A stretch of 64,000 nt of DNA from positions 2,077,888-2,141,887 of the forward strand of contig CAJINV010000014.1 of assembly GCA_905178155.1 (NCBI GenBank). Direction: 5' to 3'. The position numbers and the translations under genes are program-made. The DNA comes from Amoebophrya sp. A120. Taxonomy: Eukaryota > Protista > Dinoflagellata. The notes under the pieces are model-generated. The model had not been told where the DNA came from. It saw only the letters and a list, made by a program, of their open reading frames with translations, and did no database searches. Positions 60,701 to 64,000 of this stretch are shown here, piece after piece (position 1 is the first letter of the stretch; every line of letters begins with the position of its first letter).

Positions 60701-63700
60701 AAAAGCAGATCACGCACTCTGCTTCCTGAACGTCAGGCTCCCCGATTTCCTGGCAAATCAGGTCCACTTTGGAAGTAGAAATAGCTTTCTTACTGGAGCC
60801 CGGCTCTTGGTCTTGTTGTAAGAGCTGCAGCTCTCTTTGCGCAGAAGACATCACCGCCGCGGGGGCGCCATTATTTGATGCAACAGCACTTGTTCCAGTG
60901 TTGTTCAGCGTTGGTGTGGCGTTCTGGGAGTTGTTGACAGACGCGGCTTTCTTGACCGGTGAGCTGTTCTTCGCCGCATCTTCGAGAAACGTTTTCTGTT
61001 TCTTGTTGAATTTTTTCAGCATCGCCGCCTGTTTCCTCTTCCTCTCTTCCTTTTTCTTCTCCGCCTCGGTTTTTTCCTCGACCACCGGCTCCTCCTGTGT
61101 CGCCTGTGGCATCGGGGCGTCCTCGTTGTGTTGTTGGAAGGCGGTGTATGAAGAACTGGACGTCGCAGGAGCTGCACCGCCTTGTTGGAACAATGCACCA
61201 CCTGGTGCTGCGACACCAGCTGACAAGCTAGTACAACTGCCGCCTGCTCCCGCCTCTGCTTGGTCCAGCTGCGCCAAAAACCCGATGGAATTCGTGGACG
61301 AAAGCGCCATACTGCCAAAATTCACAGAAGCGGTTGTGCTTTCTGTCGCGCCCGAACGCATGGCCTGCATCGGGAGGGGCTTGTTGTCAGCGCTGTTGTT
61401 TTCGAGAACGACGCTGGTACTAGTACCAGAGGATTGTTTCATCGCAGCACAACTCGGAGCAGGTTGTTCCTTGCCAACCCCGTACAGTTGCAAAAGGTTC
61501 AGGTTTTGGTTCACCACATGCACGTGCTGTTTGCAACTGGGCTCTTTCAAAATCGCCTCGAAGCACTGCAGCAGGGAAAATTGCACGACGGAAGAAGATT
61601 GGTCTAGTTGTTTCAGTGCGACGGCCGTAGAAGAAGCTCCTTGCTGGTCGACATTCATCGCTTCTGGTTCCATTGCTTGTTCTAGCTCTCCACCTAGCTC
61701 CTGATGGTCATTATTTTCTGGAGAGATTCTGGTCAAGTTCACGGACCTGCCGTTCAAGATTCGCGAGGAGGAGGATGTTGCGCCAGAACTTGCTCCTCCT
61801 GCAAGAGCATTCGTCGTTGCATTCAAAACATTTTTTCCCTCTGAAGTTGCTGATGTTGCTGCACCAGGAGCATTTGTAGTTCCGCTGTTAGTGTTACCAT
61901 TGTTCGTCAGACTCGGTCTGCGACTGTTGTTGGGACTCGAATTCGAGCTGCTGTTTGTGCTGGAATTTGTGCCGATGTTCAGGCTGCTTTGGTGCACCAC
62001 CGCGGCGGAAGACAAGGGGTTGTTGTCCAACGTTAACGGCGCCAGCTGCGGCTTCAGCCCGTGGTACCCCAGCAGCCCGAAGCTCTGCCGTCTCGCGGTC
62101 TGCCGTCGGGACGGGGAGGAGGGGGAGAGAGACTGGGCGGGGGGCTGCTGTTGCTGTTGATCCCCTGTTCCATTACTATTCCCTGTGTTTCTGCTTGACT
62201 GCGAGGTTCCCGGGCGGGAGAGCAAACTATCACCACTCTGCTCGTGGATCCGCATCATCTGCCGTGCCAGGCAGTTACTGGACACCTCGCAGCAATCCAC
62301 CTCCACTACCACATCCTTCGCTACGTCAACCATCGACAACCGGGGGTCGACCTTGTCTGCAAGCTCCTTTGCGAGCGCAAACACATTGCCCGCCTGAACG
62401 ACTGACACCTGGATGATGATTTTGTTGCCGTTGTTCCCAGTTGTACTAGAAGACGTCGAGCTGTTCCGCACATTATCCTCTAGCATTTTCTCCTTCTGCT
62501 CCTCAAAGTTCACCAAGACCAACAGCCGCTGCAGCAGCAGCAACGTCAGCTGCAGCCCCCGGTGGTTCACCATTTCCAGCGGGAGAAACGCGGTTTGGAG
62601 TAACGAAACAATCGGCACAGAAATAAAAGCCGGTTCTCGCGCGATTAGTTGCAGCCCCTTCCGGTAGCAGGGAACGACGAAGGACTCGATGTCCTTCCAG
62701 TGCCGATTAGGGACAAAGCTGTTGCTCAGTTTTGCGCCAAGTTTCTCCATATCAAATGTAAAAGTGTCTGGGTCTGGGAGATTGCGAGATTTGTCATGCT
62801 AGTGTGGCATGACACGAGAATCTGTGTTGCATAGGTACGAAAAAGCCCTCTTACCTGTCATGCAAAAGCGCAGTTTGCCATGCGAAATACGTAAGACATG
62901 GCAGCCAAAAAATTTGCCATGCATAGCTGCGTACTGCAGTGCGTCTATCATTCATTTTTAGCATTACAAGTTTCCAGACCCAGACATATTTGCAATGCAT
63001 ACTCCAGTTTTCGTTCCTCCACGTCGTGCTGTTCCTTCCACGAGTAAAGGAGAAACAGCGGGTCGACATACCGCCACAAAGCTTTATGGATGTGTCAGAG
63101 TTGAAATCGACAAAGTTGAAATAATTTGTCATGCATAAGATGGATGCCAGTTGGAACCCAGTCTCTAAGTGGCGCATGACAAATTTCGGTGGGCCCTAAA
63201 TCCAGTTTGTCATGCCGCTTAGGCAAAGAAGAGTGATTTTCTCATGCTACTTTAGCAGCTCGAGCTGTAACCCCTAACAGGCTTACAATCGGCCTCACTT
63301 GCCTGCTCTGCAACGCACATACCTCGGGCCATGCATTTTATGCATGACAAATTATTTCAACTTTGTCGATTTCAACTCTGACACTCCCATAAGCTTGCTT
63401 CAGAATGTACTTCCCCGGAGTGCGGTGACCCGACTGGGTGGCGCTGTGAGATTTTGATCATGCGTGTTCTTCTTTTTTACAACACAGCATCTACTTCTTC
63501 TGCGCCTTTGTTTCATCAAGCTGATGTTTAGCTTTAGGGATGAAACACAAACAATCACTTATCTTAATTTGCAAGCAGTGCCAAACCATCAAACTAGAAA
63601 TACGCGTCCGGTTCCTGGAAGTCCGCAATGTCGGACAAAATCCCATCCAGAAAGTCGCTGTTGTCGTGCGACTTCATGTATCAAATGTAAAAATGTCTGG

Positions 63701-64000
63701 GTCTGGACGAGGCATGCTGTTTTTGCATGACGCAGGAGGTCTGGCATGGAAGCTCTAGCGTCACAGGTTTCGAGAAGCTTCCACAATGCCGAATCCGCAT
63801 GACAAATCACCCATCTTGGTGACAGAAAGTGGGCAGCTTTCGGTACCTATGCATGAGAGATTTTTCTGTGTGCTGCAATGCGCATCACAAGTTTGTCTTC
63901 TTCCAGACCAAGACATTTTTGCATTTGATATCATGATCGTGTCCGTCAGCTCGCTGTGCGTGCAGGGTCCCTTCGCGAGTACGTGGATGCAGTGATACTC
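48751..64000 (-). CDS. UBR1/UBR2/PRT6-type N-degron E3 ubiquitin ligase, 3' portion (start lies outside the window)
   Basis: Split RING-H2 ECVIC...SCSHKIHFDCW...CPYC; C-terminal LIKLP, CPLC, LCLL, YLDAYGEEDRYLSRGKPLYL. Introner junctions checked are in frame. Confidence 0.88.
49107..49259. mobile_element. introner family C
   Basis: DR CAACA. Confidence 0.9.
49347..49598. mobile_element. introner family B
   Basis: DR TAGGT; near-identical to 52255-52509. Confidence 0.9.
52255..52509. mobile_element. introner family B
   Basis: DR CATCC. Confidence 0.9.
53391..57247. mobile_element. giant (3.86 kb) introner-like element forming an intron of the UBR gene
   Basis: Imperfect ~60-bp IR (TTAYGCAC..CGCCCGTGATC..AAATGYCTCAGRAATG); DR CTGCT at 53386-53390 and 57248-57252; removal gives in-frame GEQQ|PKRVRTDSADHAMSDG. 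Confidence 0.85.
55082..55575. repeat. ~190-bp inverted repeat built from tandem ~37-bp A-tract/GCGCG units
   Basis: AAAAAAACCAAAAAAGNTGCGCGCGATTTTCTANTAC repeated 3-4 times at 55140-55280 and as reverse complement at 55388-55520; ~110-bp spacer. Confidence 0.9.
58462..58732. mobile_element. introner family B
   Basis: DR TCCCG. Confidence 0.9.
59787..60040. mobile_element. introner family B
   Basis: DR GGGAA/GAGAA. Confidence 0.88.
62750..63001. mobile_element. introner family B
   Basis: DR CTCCA. Confidence 0.9.
63085..63391. mobile_element. introner family A
   Basis: DR AGCTT; ~54-bp near-perfect IR. Confidence 0.92.
63679..63930. mobile_element. introner family B
   Basis: DR TCATG. 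Confidence 0.9.

Overview
Eukaryotic nuclear DNA from an intron-rich protist. The intron architecture and one-strand gene order suggest the parasitic dinoflagellate Amoebophrya (Syndiniales); this is inference, not a database result. Every host gene I could resolve is on the minus strand: an amidohydrolase-2; a ~14-kb gene that, after manual splicing, joins a CAP-Gly domain to a PPEF/PP7-type phosphatase with EF-hands; two hypothetical genes; a PP2A-type catalytic subunit; proteasome alpha-5; and a 5'-truncated UBR1/PRT6-type E3 ligase. Most introns lack GT-AG ends. They are ~150-335-bp elements with TAT...ATA terminal inverted repeats and a 5-bp direct repeat (introners, at least three families), and removing the element plus one repeat copy restores the reading frame and catalytic motifs. 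Two larger elements stand out. (1) A 9.4-kb TIR transposon (30905-40349, 7-bp TSD ACTTGAT) encodes a divergent hAT-like DDE transposase, an unknown protein, and a tyrosine-recombinase-fold protein with altered catalytic arginines and a C-terminal hydrophobic helix. (2) A 3.86-kb GC-rich element (53391-57247) with introner-type ends sits in-frame-removable inside the UBR coding sequence, a possible link between introners and large DNA transposons. All splicing is inferred from sequence; no transcript data were available.
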